Positions 10,044 to 19,173 of a DNA stretch of 41,926 nucleotides are shown piece after piece. Source of the DNA: a virus. Its lineage: Duplodnaviria; Caudoviricetes. Position numbers and translations under genes: made by a program. The notes under the pieces are model-generated. The model was given only the letters and a program-made list of their open reading frames with translations, had not been told where the DNA came from and did no database searches. The DNA lies in the IMG/VR virus record IMGVR_UViG_3300020045_017856, positions 1-41,926 of that record, one strand, 5' to 3'. Every line of letters begins with the position of its first letter. Positions within the stretch are counted from its first letter, which is position 1.

Positions 10044-10298
10044 ATGGCCCAACAAGACCTGATCCGCAAAACCCAATTCGAGCACATCGTCAAGTACCCT
10101 TTACTCAGCTCCATCATGAAGGAGATCCACGACATTGAAAAATTCTACGGCAAAGACATCAGCGAAAAGAAACTGTTCGACGACCTGGAAGAGCGACTGA
10201 AAGAAGACCGACCCATGCTCATCGCCGACTACATCGATATAGCTGCAGTGGCCATCGTGGCCGCCAAGCTGATCCCGCAACAACAAGCAGAGCAATAG
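10044..10298 (+). CDS. Hypothetical protein
   Basis: ATG at 10044 after the promoter-like motif; followed by a terminator. Confidence 0.6.
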   Translation: MAQQDLIRKTQFEHIVKYPLLSSIMKEIHDIEKFYGKDISEKKLFDDLEERLKEDRPMLIADYIDIAAVAIVAAKLIPQQQAEQ

Positions 10299-10320
10299 TT
10301 TTTTTCATACATGATCATCG

Positions 10321-10347
10321 AGCGGGGCACACTACCCCGCTTTTTTT
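10321..10347 (+). terminator. Rho-independent terminator
   Basis: AGCGGGG-cacacta-CCCCGCT followed by T-run. Confidence 0.75.
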
Positions 10348-10384
10348 ATGCTTTTCGCTATTCGCTTTTCACTCTTCACCCCCC

Positions 10385-10420
10385 TGTCCTTTTCCCCACC
10401 ACCCCCCTTCCCCACCTTTG
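10385..10420 (+). promoter_or_regulatory. Putative phage late promoter (TGTCCTT...CACCTTTG)
   Basis: Same motif and 35-bp spacing; upstream of the portal operon. Confidence 0.6.
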
Positions 10421-10440
10421 CACAAATCAAATGTGCAAAC

Positions 10441-10803
10441 ATGACCACGATTGAAGTGCAGCAAATGCTGCGCGAGATGGAGACCGGAATCATCTTCAGC
10501 ATTACCTACGTCACCTACGACCGCCAACGCAAGAAAGGGGGCAAAGTGATCACCCACCAGGAAGCCAAGCTCCACCGCGCCGACGATGCCATCGCCGCCG
10601 AAAAAACCCTCATGCAACGCCCTCTCAGTGAGGCCGAGCAAGCCGTGGCCACCCAATACACCAACGCCAAGCGTAGCCCCCATCACGGCGAGCACTTCAC
10701 CCGCAACCTCGTGCTCATGCAGAATGGGCATACCACCTCGCAAATCCGCAAAATCCACATTCCCCTGGTGGTCAAGTACCAGGGCAAAACCGTTGTACCG
10801 TGA
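10441..10803 (+). CDS. Conserved phage hypothetical protein upstream of portal
   Basis: ATG at 10441; GTGA overlap with portal gene. Confidence 0.65.
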   Translation: MTTIEVQQMLREMETGIIFSITYVTYDRQRKKGGKVITHQEAKLHRADDAIAAEKTLMQRPLSEAEQAVATQYTNAKRSPHHGEHFTRNLVLMQNGHTTSQIRKIHIPLVVKYQGKTVVP

Positions 10804-12203
10804 GCCAAACAACCGAAGAAGTATTCAAGCTCGATGTAGTCACCATCCAAAAGCGTACCCAGGTACTGCCGGCCTACACCCGCTACCATCAGGGGCCAGC
10901 ACCAGGTATGCCCGCTACTGGCGACACTGCTACCCAAGGCGCAGCCCCTACCGAGCTGGAAACGGGATACCAGCACGCCCCCTGGGGAGCACACGACCGG
11001 CTGCCCACTACCCTGCGCCTCAAGCTGGATAAGGTGAGCATCGCCGGGCGCACCATCAACCAGCTGGTGCAAATGATGTACGGCAACGGCCTGGTCTACG
11101 TGCGCAACAGCGACTACGCCGCCGACCGCTCCAAGCTGCGCCCCGCCTACATCCCCACCGTGGAGGATTGGCTTACCCGCAACCGCATCAACACGCACTG
11201 GCTGCCGGCACAGTTCGTTGATTTTCGGCACACCTTCGCCTGCTTCAGCGAGCTGATCTTTTCGCAGGATTACTCGCTCATCACCGGCCTGTACCACAAA
11301 CCCGCCGAGCACTGCCGGCTCAGCAAGCAGAATGAGGAAACGTTGTACTCCGACTGGCTGCTCTACAGCCCCGACTACGCCGTCAAAACCACCACCACCC
11401 CGGAGCGCATCCACCGCATCCCCTTGTACCGGTGGCAAGATCCCGAAGCTTTCTTTGCGCAGCTCAATGGCCGCAAAATGGCCTGGTATTCCTTCATGTA
11501 TACTTCCGGCATGATCTACTACCCCGCGCCGTTTTGGCTGGGCTTGTTCCGGACTGATGGCTGGATGGACTCTTCCATCCAGGTGCCCGAAGTGGTCAAC
11601 GCCCTAATGCGCAACCAGGTCACGCTTAAGTACCAGATCCTCATCCCCGAATCATACTTCCGCATCCGGCATACGCAGTGGGACAACTACCCCGACGCGC
11701 AGCGCGCCAAGATCATCGACCTAAAGGTAGCCGAGCTGAACGAAACCCTCAGCGGGACCGACAATGCTTTCGTGTCCATCTCCACCGTGTTCCGCACCGA
11801 ACTGAACGGCAACGACCTGGGCAAAATCGAGATCATTGCCCTCGATGACAAGCTGAAGAATGATAACTGGGTGCCCAGCTCCGAAAAGTCTGACGCCCAA
11901 ATTGTGCAAGGCCTGGGGCTTCACCCCTCGCAAGTAGGCCTTGCACCCGAAGGAGGTAAGATGGGTGCCGGATCCGGTAGCGACAAGATGCAAACCTTCA
12001 ACATCGGCGTATCCCTCAACACCATCGAGCAAAACATTGTGCTCGAAGTCCTGAACTGGATTGCCCGCTGGAACGCCGCCACTGATCCCGACTGGGATAT
12101 CCGCTTTTTCATCAATCACGATACCCTTACTACTCAGAATGAGCAAGAGAACGGCGTAAAACCATCCACTTTTTCCACCCAAATACAAAGCCCCACCCCC
12201 TAG
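10800..12203 (+). CDS. Portal protein
   Basis: 467 aa; YYPAPFW and GLHPSQVG...GAGSGSDK motifs typical of Bacteroidota phage portals; followed by adaptor gene. Confidence 0.75.
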   Translation: MSQTTEEVFKLDVVTIQKRTQVLPAYTRYHQGPAPGMPATGDTATQGAAPTELETGYQHAPWGAHDRLPTTLRLKLDKVSIAGRTINQLVQMMYGNGLVYVRNSDYAADRSKLRPAYIPTVEDWLTRNRINTHWLPAQFVDFRHTFACFSELIFSQDYSLITGLYHKPAEHCRLSKQNEETLYSDWLLYSPDYAVKTTTTPERIHRIPLYRWQDPEAFFAQLNGRKMAWYSFMYTSGMIYYPAPFWLGLFRTDGWMDSSIQVPEVVNALMRNQVTLKYQILIPESYFRIRHTQWDNYPDAQRAKIIDLKVAELNETLSGTDNAFVSISTVFRTELNGNDLGKIEIIALDDKLKNDNWVPSSEKSDAQIVQGLGLHPSQVGLAPEGGKMGAGSGSDKMQTFNIGVSLNTIEQNIVLEVLNWIARWNAATDPDWDIRFFINHDTLTTQNEQENGVKPSTFSTQIQSPTP

Positions 12204-12205
12204 CC

Positions 12206-13273
12206 ATGTTCACCAGCATCACACAGATTAAAGAACACATCGGCGGCGGCGGCAACCTATCGCTCGAAATCGAAAGCCTGCGCCCCACCTGGGAACTTGT
12301 CGCCGAAAACGATCTGATCGTTTGGCTTGGCCCCACTACCTACGCCGCGCTGCTTAGTTACGTAGTGGAGGATGATGAAACCGGCGACGACGACCTTACC
12401 GCTCTGCTGCCCCTCGTGCGGCGCCCGCTGGCGCTCTGGACCATGGCGGAGTATGCCAAGATCGGCGGCATCCAGTTTGGGGAGTCCGGCATGGCCCGCA
12501 TCGAGTCCGAAGGCCGCTCTACTCCCTACAAATACCAGGAAAACGCCTACAAGGAGTACATGCTCCAGCATGGCTGGAACGCGCTCGAAACCTTGCTCAA
12601 CTTTCTCGAAGCCAATAAGGCTACCTATACCGACTGGGCTACCGAGGCACGGCCACGCCACCGCGCCCTGTTCATCAATACCGCCGCTGAGCTGCGCGAT
12701 TGCTACGCCCGCTACTGCAACCGCTACACGTTCGAGAGCATTCGCCCCCTGGTGCAGGATATGGAGGTATTTTTTCTACTACCCTCCATCGGTCCCGAAC
12801 AGTACGAGATTTTCAAAACCGGTATCCTCGATAACGACCTCGATGCCACCCAAACCGAAGCTGTTGCCCGCCTCAGCAAAGCCCTCGCGCACGTAGCCGT
12901 AAAGGAAGCGCTACGCCGCAACCTGGTGGGCATCAAAGGCCACATGCTCATTCAGGTCGAAAGCCTGGAGCCGCAGAGCTACCATAAGGAAAGCCCTCCG
13001 GCCATGAACAACATCAGCGCGGCACACCAGCAGCTCGACGAGTTCGCCCAACGCCACCTCGATTACGCCCTGCAATACCTGGCCGACAACCCCACCGATT
13101 TTCCCGAATACGTAGCCTACGCAGCAGCTCAGGCCGAAGCCGCCACCGCTGCCCTGGAAGCCATCGAAGGCACGACCGAAACCTGGACCTACGAAAGCCG
13201 CGAACCCAACCCCTACCTACTCGCAGAACAGGAATACATCCCGCGCAAAGGCAAGGGAATTATTAACTTTTAA
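12206..13273 (+). CDS. Head-tail adaptor-like protein (DUF6712-like)
   Basis: Two internally similar helical halves (LETLLNFLEAN..Y..W / ALQYLADNP..FPEY); directly after portal. Confidence 0.65.
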   Translation: MFTSITQIKEHIGGGGNLSLEIESLRPTWELVAENDLIVWLGPTTYAALLSYVVEDDETGDDDLTALLPLVRRPLALWTMAEYAKIGGIQFGESGMARIESEGRSTPYKYQENAYKEYMLQHGWNALETLLNFLEANKATYTDWATEARPRHRALFINTAAELRDCYARYCNRYTFESIRPLVQDMEVFFLLPSIGPEQYEIFKTGILDNDLDATQTEAVARLSKALAHVAVKEALRRNLVGIKGHMLIQVESLEPQSYHKESPPAMNNISAAHQQLDEFAQRHLDYALQYLADNPTDFPEYVAYAAAQAEAATAALEAIEGTTETWTYESREPNPYLLAEQEYIPRKGKGIINF

Positions 13274-13283
13274 GTGAAGTGCT

Positions 13284-13763
13284 ATGGCTATTGATGGAGA
13301 TTTGTTGCAAGCTATGAATGATGAAGTTGGCCGGTGGGCCCGTGGTACTGCCAGTAAAATGAAGCAGCGACTTGCTGCTGAAGGCCTCGATTCGCGACGC
13401 GCCAAACAACGTGGCAGTAGCCGATTGCGCATAGCTCGGAGTAGCAGTGGAGCAACCAAGTTGGTACAAGAAGTTCCCTTGATTGAAAGCATCCGCAGTG
13501 CGCTCAAATTTGACAATCAACTCCTGGATAGTATCGCCTTCCGATTTTCACGGCATGGTATTTTCCTGGAACTAGGCGTTGGAAAAAACCGCCCCAAAGG
13601 CAGCAGCTCCGCCAGTGCTACCGCTACTCCATGGTTGGCCCCGACCCTCAATGCAGAGATAGAAACATTGGCCGACATCCTTGCCAACAATTATGCTGAC
13701 ATCGCAGCCGGAGAAGTACGCATCCTCATCCCAGGTATTTTTGACACTCGAATAACCATTTAA
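13284..13763 (+). CDS. Neck/tail-completion protein (HK97 gp10-like)
   Basis: Basic protein with HGIFLELGVG and PWLAPTL motifs; between adaptor and tape measure. Confidence 0.6.
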   Translation: MAIDGDLLQAMNDEVGRWARGTASKMKQRLAAEGLDSRRAKQRGSSRLRIARSSSGATKLVQEVPLIESIRSALKFDNQLLDSIAFRFSRHGIFLELGVGKNRPKGSSSASATATPWLAPTLNAEIETLADILANNYADIAAGEVRILIPGIFDTRITI

Positions 13764-13767
13764 TCCC

Positions 13768-16644
13768 ATGTCCACAAGAAGACAAGTCAGTATTTTTATA
13801 AATGGCAAACAAGTAGAAAACTCCCTGCGCGGAATTCAAAAAGCTAAGAGTGCCATCAATGCGGAATTACGGGATATGACCATCGGGACAGCAGAATACG
13901 AAGCCAAGGTGGGGGATCTGCGCAAACTCAATGGCATATTTGATGAGCACCGCAAAAAAGTTGGAGGTGTAGGCCAGGCGGTGGATGGACTAACCAAAGG
14001 AGCCTTAAATAAACTGGCAGGCCTGGCCGGTGCAGCCTTCGCCACAGACGTCATCATCGGCTACGGAAAAGAACTGTTCAAGCTCGGCGTAGAAATGGAG
14101 GTGCTCGATGCCAAGGCCAAAACCGTGTTTGGCTCTGCCCTACCCGCCGTCACTTCCGCCGCGCAGATGAACGCCACCGCGCTGGGCCTCACCACTACGC
14201 AGTACACCAACGCCGCCGCCGCCATCGGCGACCTCCTCATCCCCATGAAATTCACCCGCGATGAAGCGGCCAGCATGAGCACCCAGCTGGTGGATTTATC
14301 CGGAGCATTGTCCGAGTGGACGGGTGGCCAGCGCAGCGCCGAAGAAGTAAGCCAAACCCTGAGCAAAGCCATCCTCGGCGAGCGTGAAGAGCTGAAATCG
14401 CTTGGCATCGCAATCAGTGAGGAGGATGTAAAAAACCGCATCCGCGAAAAAGGCCTGCAAAACCTGACTGGCGAATACCTCCAGCAGGCCAAAGCCGTGG
14501 CCACTATGGAGCTGATCCTGGAGAAATCCACCGACGCACAAACCGCCTTTGCCAACAACTCCGAAACCCTGGTCCGCCGCCAGGCTGAACTCCGCGCCCA
14601 GCTGGTCCAGGTAAGCGAAACCCTGGCCCGGACTTTGCAGCCGGTGTTTGAGCGACTGGTAGGTGTTGCCGCCAGTTTTGCAGGTGGATTGGAAAGTGTG
14701 GCCGATGGATTTACCTCCCTGATCAACCCCGCCAAATCCTCCAGCAATGCATTCGACGAGCAAGCGGCCAAGGTAAACAAGCTGGAATCGGCACTTCCTC
14801 CCCTGCTCGATCGATACGAGGAACTAAAAGGCAAAAGCAACCTGACCAAGAAGGAGCAAACCGAACTGGCCAAAGTCATTCAGGATATTGGGATACTTAC
14901 CCCCACTGCCATTACCGAAATCGACAACTACGGCAAAGCCCTGGGCATTAGTGCCAGCGCCAGTCGTGAATTTTTAAAGGCGGAAAAAGCGCGGCTCCTG
15001 GTTGTCAACGATCAAGCCATAACCGACAACTTCCGCGCAGCCGTTCGGGTCAAGGAGCAGCGGGACAAGCTCAAAAAGGAAATCGAATCCGGGGTAAAGG
15101 AACTTAGAACGGTAACCCTTGGAGGTACAACAACACAGCTGATTGATCTAACTGCCGAAGAAATTACCAGAAAAAGTGCTGAACTTGAAAAACTAACCTT
15201 ACAACTAACTGGCCGTCGTGCTGAACTGAAACGCCTCAAAGGCGAACCATTGACCGAGCAAGGCACTGCTGCAGCTCCGGGACCAAGCACAGAAGAAACC
15301 CTCAATCGCGTATCCGGTGCCCCTACCGACAAGGAAATCAAATCCGCCGAGAAACAGCGCCAAAAAGAATCCGATGATCTCCAAAAGCACCTCGACGAAC
15401 TAAAGGGAATAGCAGCGAAGTACAATGAAGACTATTTCCTACAGCAGCTAGATGCTGATGAACGAGAACTGCTTCAACTAGAATTGAAGTACGAAAAAGA
15501 GATAGCCAAAGCCAAGGAACTCGAAGCAAAAAATGTACAAGGGGCTACTACTATCCGCGAAGAATTAGAAAAACAAAAATACGCAGCCATCAATGCCCTG
15601 ATGGCAGAGCAGTACGCAAAAGAAGAAGAAACCCGCAAAGCTGAGGAAGCCAAACAGATTACAGCTATAGGTGAAAAGGTTACTACTGAACTGGAAGCCC
15701 GTACAGCTTTCAATGAACAAGTACAGGAATTCACTTTAAGCGAACAGGAAAAACAAATTGCAGATTTACAATCCCATCATGAATTGCTGCTCACCGAGGC
15801 GAGAAAATATGGCATTGATGTAACTGCAATTGAAGAAGCTTTCCAAAAAAAGCTTAAACAAATAAGGGAAGGGGCGGCAACCACTGAATTAATCGATTTA
15901 GAGAAGCGAAAACTTTTACTGGAGAAAAACGCCGCAGTCTATTCTTCCTATGCCAGTATTGCATCGTCCGCTTTGACTTTATTGACTGAGGCCAACGCTG
16001 AACATACAGCAGCATTTAAGGTAGTAGCATTGGCTCAAATCGCTTTGAATGCTGCAGCTGCCATCGCTTCCGCTGTACGAGCTGCTGCCGGCGAACCTTT
16101 TCCCGCCAACTTAGTAGCCATTGCGGCAAGTATAGCTGCCGTAACGGGGGCAATTGCGCAGGCAAGAGCGGTCTTCAAGAAAGCCCCAGATGTCCCGCAG
16201 AAATATACCGGTGGTTTCCACAACGTCACAGGCGCCCAGGATGGCCGCAGCTACAACGCCCAATACATCGGTAAGCAAGGGACAGGCCTACTCCCCTCGC
16301 ACCCTGTGCTACTGGCCAGCGAGCGCGGCCCCGAGTACCTGGTAGCCAACGAGGATCTACGCAATCCCACAGTGCTCAATCACGTCCGCGCCATCGAGAA
16401 CATCCGCTCCAGTCGCGGCGGCACTGTACCCCAACGCGCCGATGGAGGCTTCACCCCTACCCCAGCTGGTGGCAGTAGTATCCCACCGGAGATGCTGGCC
16501 ATTATGGCCAATATGATGCAAACCAACGCAGCGCTTTTGGCTGCCATAGAAAAAGGCATTCCCGCCATCGTGGGTGACAATGCCATTGTAGACCTGGGTG
16601 AACGGCAGCGGCAGCTGAATCGGGCGAGTGGCGGAATCCTGTAA
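13768..16644 (+). CDS. Tail tape measure protein
   Basis: 958 aa, Ala/Glu/Lys-rich helical; ILGEREELKSLGI and C-terminal GGF...ASERGPEYLV motifs. Confidence 0.88.
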   Translation: MSTRRQVSIFINGKQVENSLRGIQKAKSAINAELRDMTIGTAEYEAKVGDLRKLNGIFDEHRKKVGGVGQAVDGLTKGALNKLAGLAGAAFATDVIIGYGKELFKLGVEMEVLDAKAKTVFGSALPAVTSAAQMNATALGLTTTQYTNAAAAIGDLLIPMKFTRDEAASMSTQLVDLSGALSEWTGGQRSAEEVSQTLSKAILGEREELKSLGIAISEEDVKNRIREKGLQNLTGEYLQQAKAVATMELILEKSTDAQTAFANNSETLVRRQAELRAQLVQVSETLARTLQPVFERLVGVAASFAGGLESVADGFTSLINPAKSSSNAFDEQAAKVNKLESALPPLLDRYEELKGKSNLTKKEQTELAKVIQDIGILTPTAITEIDNYGKALGISASASREFLKAEKARLLVVNDQAITDNFRAAVRVKEQRDKLKKEIESGVKELRTVTLGGTTTQLIDLTAEEITRKSAELEKLTLQLTGRRAELKRLKGEPLTEQGTAAAPGPSTEETLNRVSGAPTDKEIKSAEKQRQKESDDLQKHLDELKGIAAKYNEDYFLQQLDADERELLQLELKYEKEIAKAKELEAKNVQGATTIREELEKQKYAAINALMAEQYAKEEETRKAEEAKQITAIGEKVTTELEARTAFNEQVQEFTLSEQEKQIADLQSHHELLLTEARKYGIDVTAIEEAFQKKLKQIREGAATTELIDLEKRKLLLEKNAAVYSSYASIASSALTLLTEANAEHTAAFKVVALAQIALNAAAAIASAVRAAAGEPFPANLVAIAASIAAVTGAIAQARAVFKKAPDVPQKYTGGFHNVTGAQDGRSYNAQYIGKQGTGLLPSHPVLLASERGPEYLVANEDLRNPTVLNHVRAIENIRSSRGGTVPQRADGGFTPTPAGGSSIPPEMLAIMANMMQTNAALLAAIEKGIPAIVGDNAIVDLGERQRQLNRASGGIL

Positions 16645-16654
16645 ATTAAAAGGC

Positions 16655-16840
16655 ATGACTTGGATGGCTAAAGAATCGGCACCAAAAACAGGCGAATGGA
16701 TCCTCGTATGCACGGACTTGCGGCAACCTCCCTTTACCGTGCGGTACACTACCCCATTTAGCGCGGCTCCGCAGCTGTCCGATTGGCGGGATGAACGGGG
16801 AAAGGTTAGGGAGTGGAGGTGGTGGAAGGCAATTGGGTGA
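16655..16840 (+). CDS. Small Trp-rich phage protein
   Basis: MTWMAKESAPKTGEWILV...WRWW pattern, DUF551-like. Confidence 0.5.
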   Translation: MTWMAKESAPKTGEWILVCTDLRQPPFTVRYTTPFSAAPQLSDWRDERGKVREWRWWKAIG

Positions 16841-16871
16841 AAAAAAGATTTACAAAAAATATCGTGTACGA

Positions 16872-16903
16872 TTTGTTTTTATAGATAATTACATATACTT
16901 TTG
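16872..16903 (+). promoter_or_regulatory. Bacteroidota sigma-A type promoter for antirepressor gene
   Basis: TTTG (16872-75), 20-nt spacer, TACTTTTG (16896-903) matches TTTG-N19-21-TAnnTTTG; inverted repeat ATCGT-gt-ACGAT at 16861-72 abuts the -33 box. Confidence 0.65.
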
Positions 16904-16931
16904 ATTATCAATAGATTAAAAGAATGTAATC

Positions 16932-17474
16932 ATGCAAAAGTCAATTGAAAAGTTTTTGGAGTTTAATGGAAAGCGGATTTCCGTTTTGTGTGCTGATGGC
17001 ACCTGGTGGGTAGCGATCCGCCCTATTTGTGAAGTGCTTAATGTAGACTATCATGCGCAGTACAAGAACCTTCAGCAGGATGAAATTTTAGCTCAACTGT
17101 TGTCTAAACAGACAACAGTTGGCGGTGACAATCGCCTTCGTGAAATGGTTTGTTTACCCGAAAAATACATCTACGGATGGCTTTTTTCGATACGCTCCGA
17201 CAGCCAAGATCTGAAAAAGTACAAGCTAAAATGCTATGAACTTTTGTACAACCACTTCCACGGCACCATGACTGGCCGCATGAACGCCCTTAGCCAAAAG
17301 ACTGAAACAGAACTAGAGATCATCGACCTAGAAGAAAAGCTGAAGGCCAAGCTATTGGAGAGTGAAGAGTATACCCGCATCCAGGAGCTGAAGAAAAAGC
17401 ACAAGAGCATCGCAAAGACGCTGAAGGATTTGGATGTGGAGCTTTTGGCCGGGCAGTTGAGTTTGAAGTTGTAA
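16932..17474 (+). CDS. Phage antirepressor (P22 AR N-terminal-like domain)
   Basis: VAIRPICEVLNVD..AQY...EMVCLPEKYIYGWLFSI...YKLKCYELLYNHF. Confidence 0.85.
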   Translation: MQKSIEKFLEFNGKRISVLCADGTWWVAIRPICEVLNVDYHAQYKNLQQDEILAQLLSKQTTVGGDNRLREMVCLPEKYIYGWLFSIRSDSQDLKKYKLKCYELLYNHFHGTMTGRMNALSQKTETELEIIDLEEKLKAKLLESEEYTRIQELKKKHKSIAKTLKDLDVELLAGQLSLKL

Positions 17475-17483
17475 CAAACGCAT

Positions 17484-17597
17484 GTGTTGTCTGTTTGGAC
17501 AACACACCCACTCAACCACCGTATGAATAAACGGTGGTTGTTTTATTTAACAATGCTTCAACTGTTTGCTAAATAGCCAACAGTTGAAGCATTGTTA
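17484..17597. terminator. Three tandem hairpins between convergent antirepressor and integrase genes
   Basis: TGTGTTGTC/GACAACACA, CAACCACCGT/ACGGTGGTTG and a 19-bp perfect inverted repeat (17548-66/17579-97). Confidence 0.7.
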
Positions 17598-18791
17598 TGG
17601 TAGGATCTTATTCTCAAACCCCTTGAACTTTTCATTCACCTCACTCTTGTGCCGATACTTCATGGTCATCTCCGGCTTACTATGCCCGGCCTGGTCTTGC
17701 ACCGATAGCAGCGGCAAATACTCCAGCGCCTCGGTGATACCGGTATCCTTCCAGCTGTACAGCGTTAGCCCTTCTATATCCCGCAGCTTTCCCTCGCGGT
17801 GCAGTTCCTCCAGTACTTTCAGGTGTTGCCGGTACATGATGTTGTGGCCGCAAGACTTGGCTTTACCTGGCTGAAAATCTTCGCCAAATACGTGGCTTTC
17901 TGCCGGGTATTTAGAAAAGAATTGCACATCGAAGTACGGCAAGAAGTCGGAAGGGATGGTCACCACCCGGTTGTCGTTGTCCTTCGCGTGCTTATAGCTG
18001 AGGTAGATGAGGCCCCGCTTCAGGTCAAACTGTTTGAACCTAAGCGAGCGGATCTCCTTTGGCCGCAGGAAGCAGCAGTACAAGATCAGCACCGTATAAA
18101 ATAGCAGTGGCCGCTCCCTGATCCGCTTCATCACTACCCGTGCCTCATCCTGGGTGAATGGTCGGCGTTTTTTCGGCAGGTTCTTTTTTTTCTTAATGCC
18201 CTGGAAGGGGTTGCGCTCCACATAGCCACGCTCCAGGAGCTCGTTGAACATCGTGCGCAGCACCGCCACCTGGTTGTTCCAGGTGATGGGCGATAGCTTT
18301 CGCACAATGAGGCAATCGTCCAGGTACGCACGGGCATGCGTTTTGCCCAGCTCCCCTATCGATAGCCGGTCCCACTTCTTTTTTTCGAGAAACAACAAGA
18401 ACATCTTGCTGATCGAGATGAAGCTGCGCTGTGAATCGGGTTTGAGCATGGCCTTGATGGCAAGGATGTGATCGAGGGCCTGCTTCACGGGCGTGTTGAG
18501 CAGCGAGTAATCCTCAGTCAGCACCCCGGTGATGCGTACCTTCTGCTCCTCGAATTTGGAGATGGGCTTACCAGCATCCAACCAAATGCCAATTTTGGCG
18601 ACCAGGTCGTTGGCCCTGCTTTCCCGTTCCTTAATGTTGTGAATCCGGTTGAGATTAAAGGTAGGCCGGTAGTGTTTTCTTCGCCCACCATCCAGATCAT
18701 CCGCAGCATAAAAGCTGATATACCAGCGATCTCGGCCCTTCACGAGCCTGGGTGGCTCGTATGCGGACAAAAAGTTTTTTTTCAGCACCAT
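17595..18791 (-). CDS. int: Tyrosine recombinase/phage integrase
   Basis: FLRPKEI (catalytic R), KDNDNR, YSWKDTG (variant HxxR), QAGHS, TMKY catalytic Tyr; SAM-like middle domain. Confidence 0.92.
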   Translation of the reverse strand: MVLKKNFLSAYEPPRLVKGRDRWYISFYAADDLDGGRRKHYRPTFNLNRIHNIKERESRANDLVAKIGIWLDAGKPISKFEEQKVRITGVLTEDYSLLNTPVKQALDHILAIKAMLKPDSQRSFISISKMFLLFLEKKKWDRLSIGELGKTHARAYLDDCLIVRKLSPITWNNQVAVLRTMFNELLERGYVERNPFQGIKKKKNLPKKRRPFTQDEARVVMKRIRERPLLFYTVLILYCCFLRPKEIRSLRFKQFDLKRGLIYLSYKHAKDNDNRVVTIPSDFLPYFDVQFFSKYPAESHVFGEDFQPGKAKSCGHNIMYRQHLKVLEELHREGKLRDIEGLTLYSWKDTGITEALEYLPLLSVQDQAGHSKPEMTMKYRHKSEVNEKFKGFENKILP

Positions 18792-18818
18792 GTCAAAGTT
18801 CCCCCCTGAACTAGCTTT

Positions 18819-19021
18819 AAACTGTGTTAAAACTGTGTCAGGGTTTTCCGGGATGGTGCTGTAAGTTTATGAATTACAGTGATTTAGAAGTAAAATTGTG
18901 GAGGTAAGGGGATTAATTAAAACCATTCCACCCCCATAACTCCCTCACTCCCAACCCAAAACACCTCTCATTTTCTCTCACTTTAGCCCATTCCGCCACT
19001 CCCTGACACAGTTTTGACACG
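18819..19021. other. attP-like site: tmRNA/tRNA-Ala-type 3'-end core flanked by inverted arm-type repeats
   Basis: Core 18898-18914 reads AATCCCCTTACCTCCAC on the - strand; 15-bp inverted repeat AAAACTGTGTCAGGG (18829-43)/CCCTGACACAGTTTT (19001-15), each with a partial tandem copy. Confidence 0.75.
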
Positions 19022-19173
19022 AGTATATTATTGAATCACAACCTATTACACCCCCAATACCTACACCCTACACCCAATTCCTACTACAATGTGCCCGGCA
19101 CAGCACCTTTCCCGTGCTGCACCAGGCAAGATGGACATTTAATAAGTAGACATACACAACCCTGATCCATCCC

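Noticed and set aside
10352-10379. Degenerate heptamer run TTTTCGC TATTCGC TTTTCAC TCTTCAC
   Set aside because: Imperfect, intergenic and short; no evidence of function
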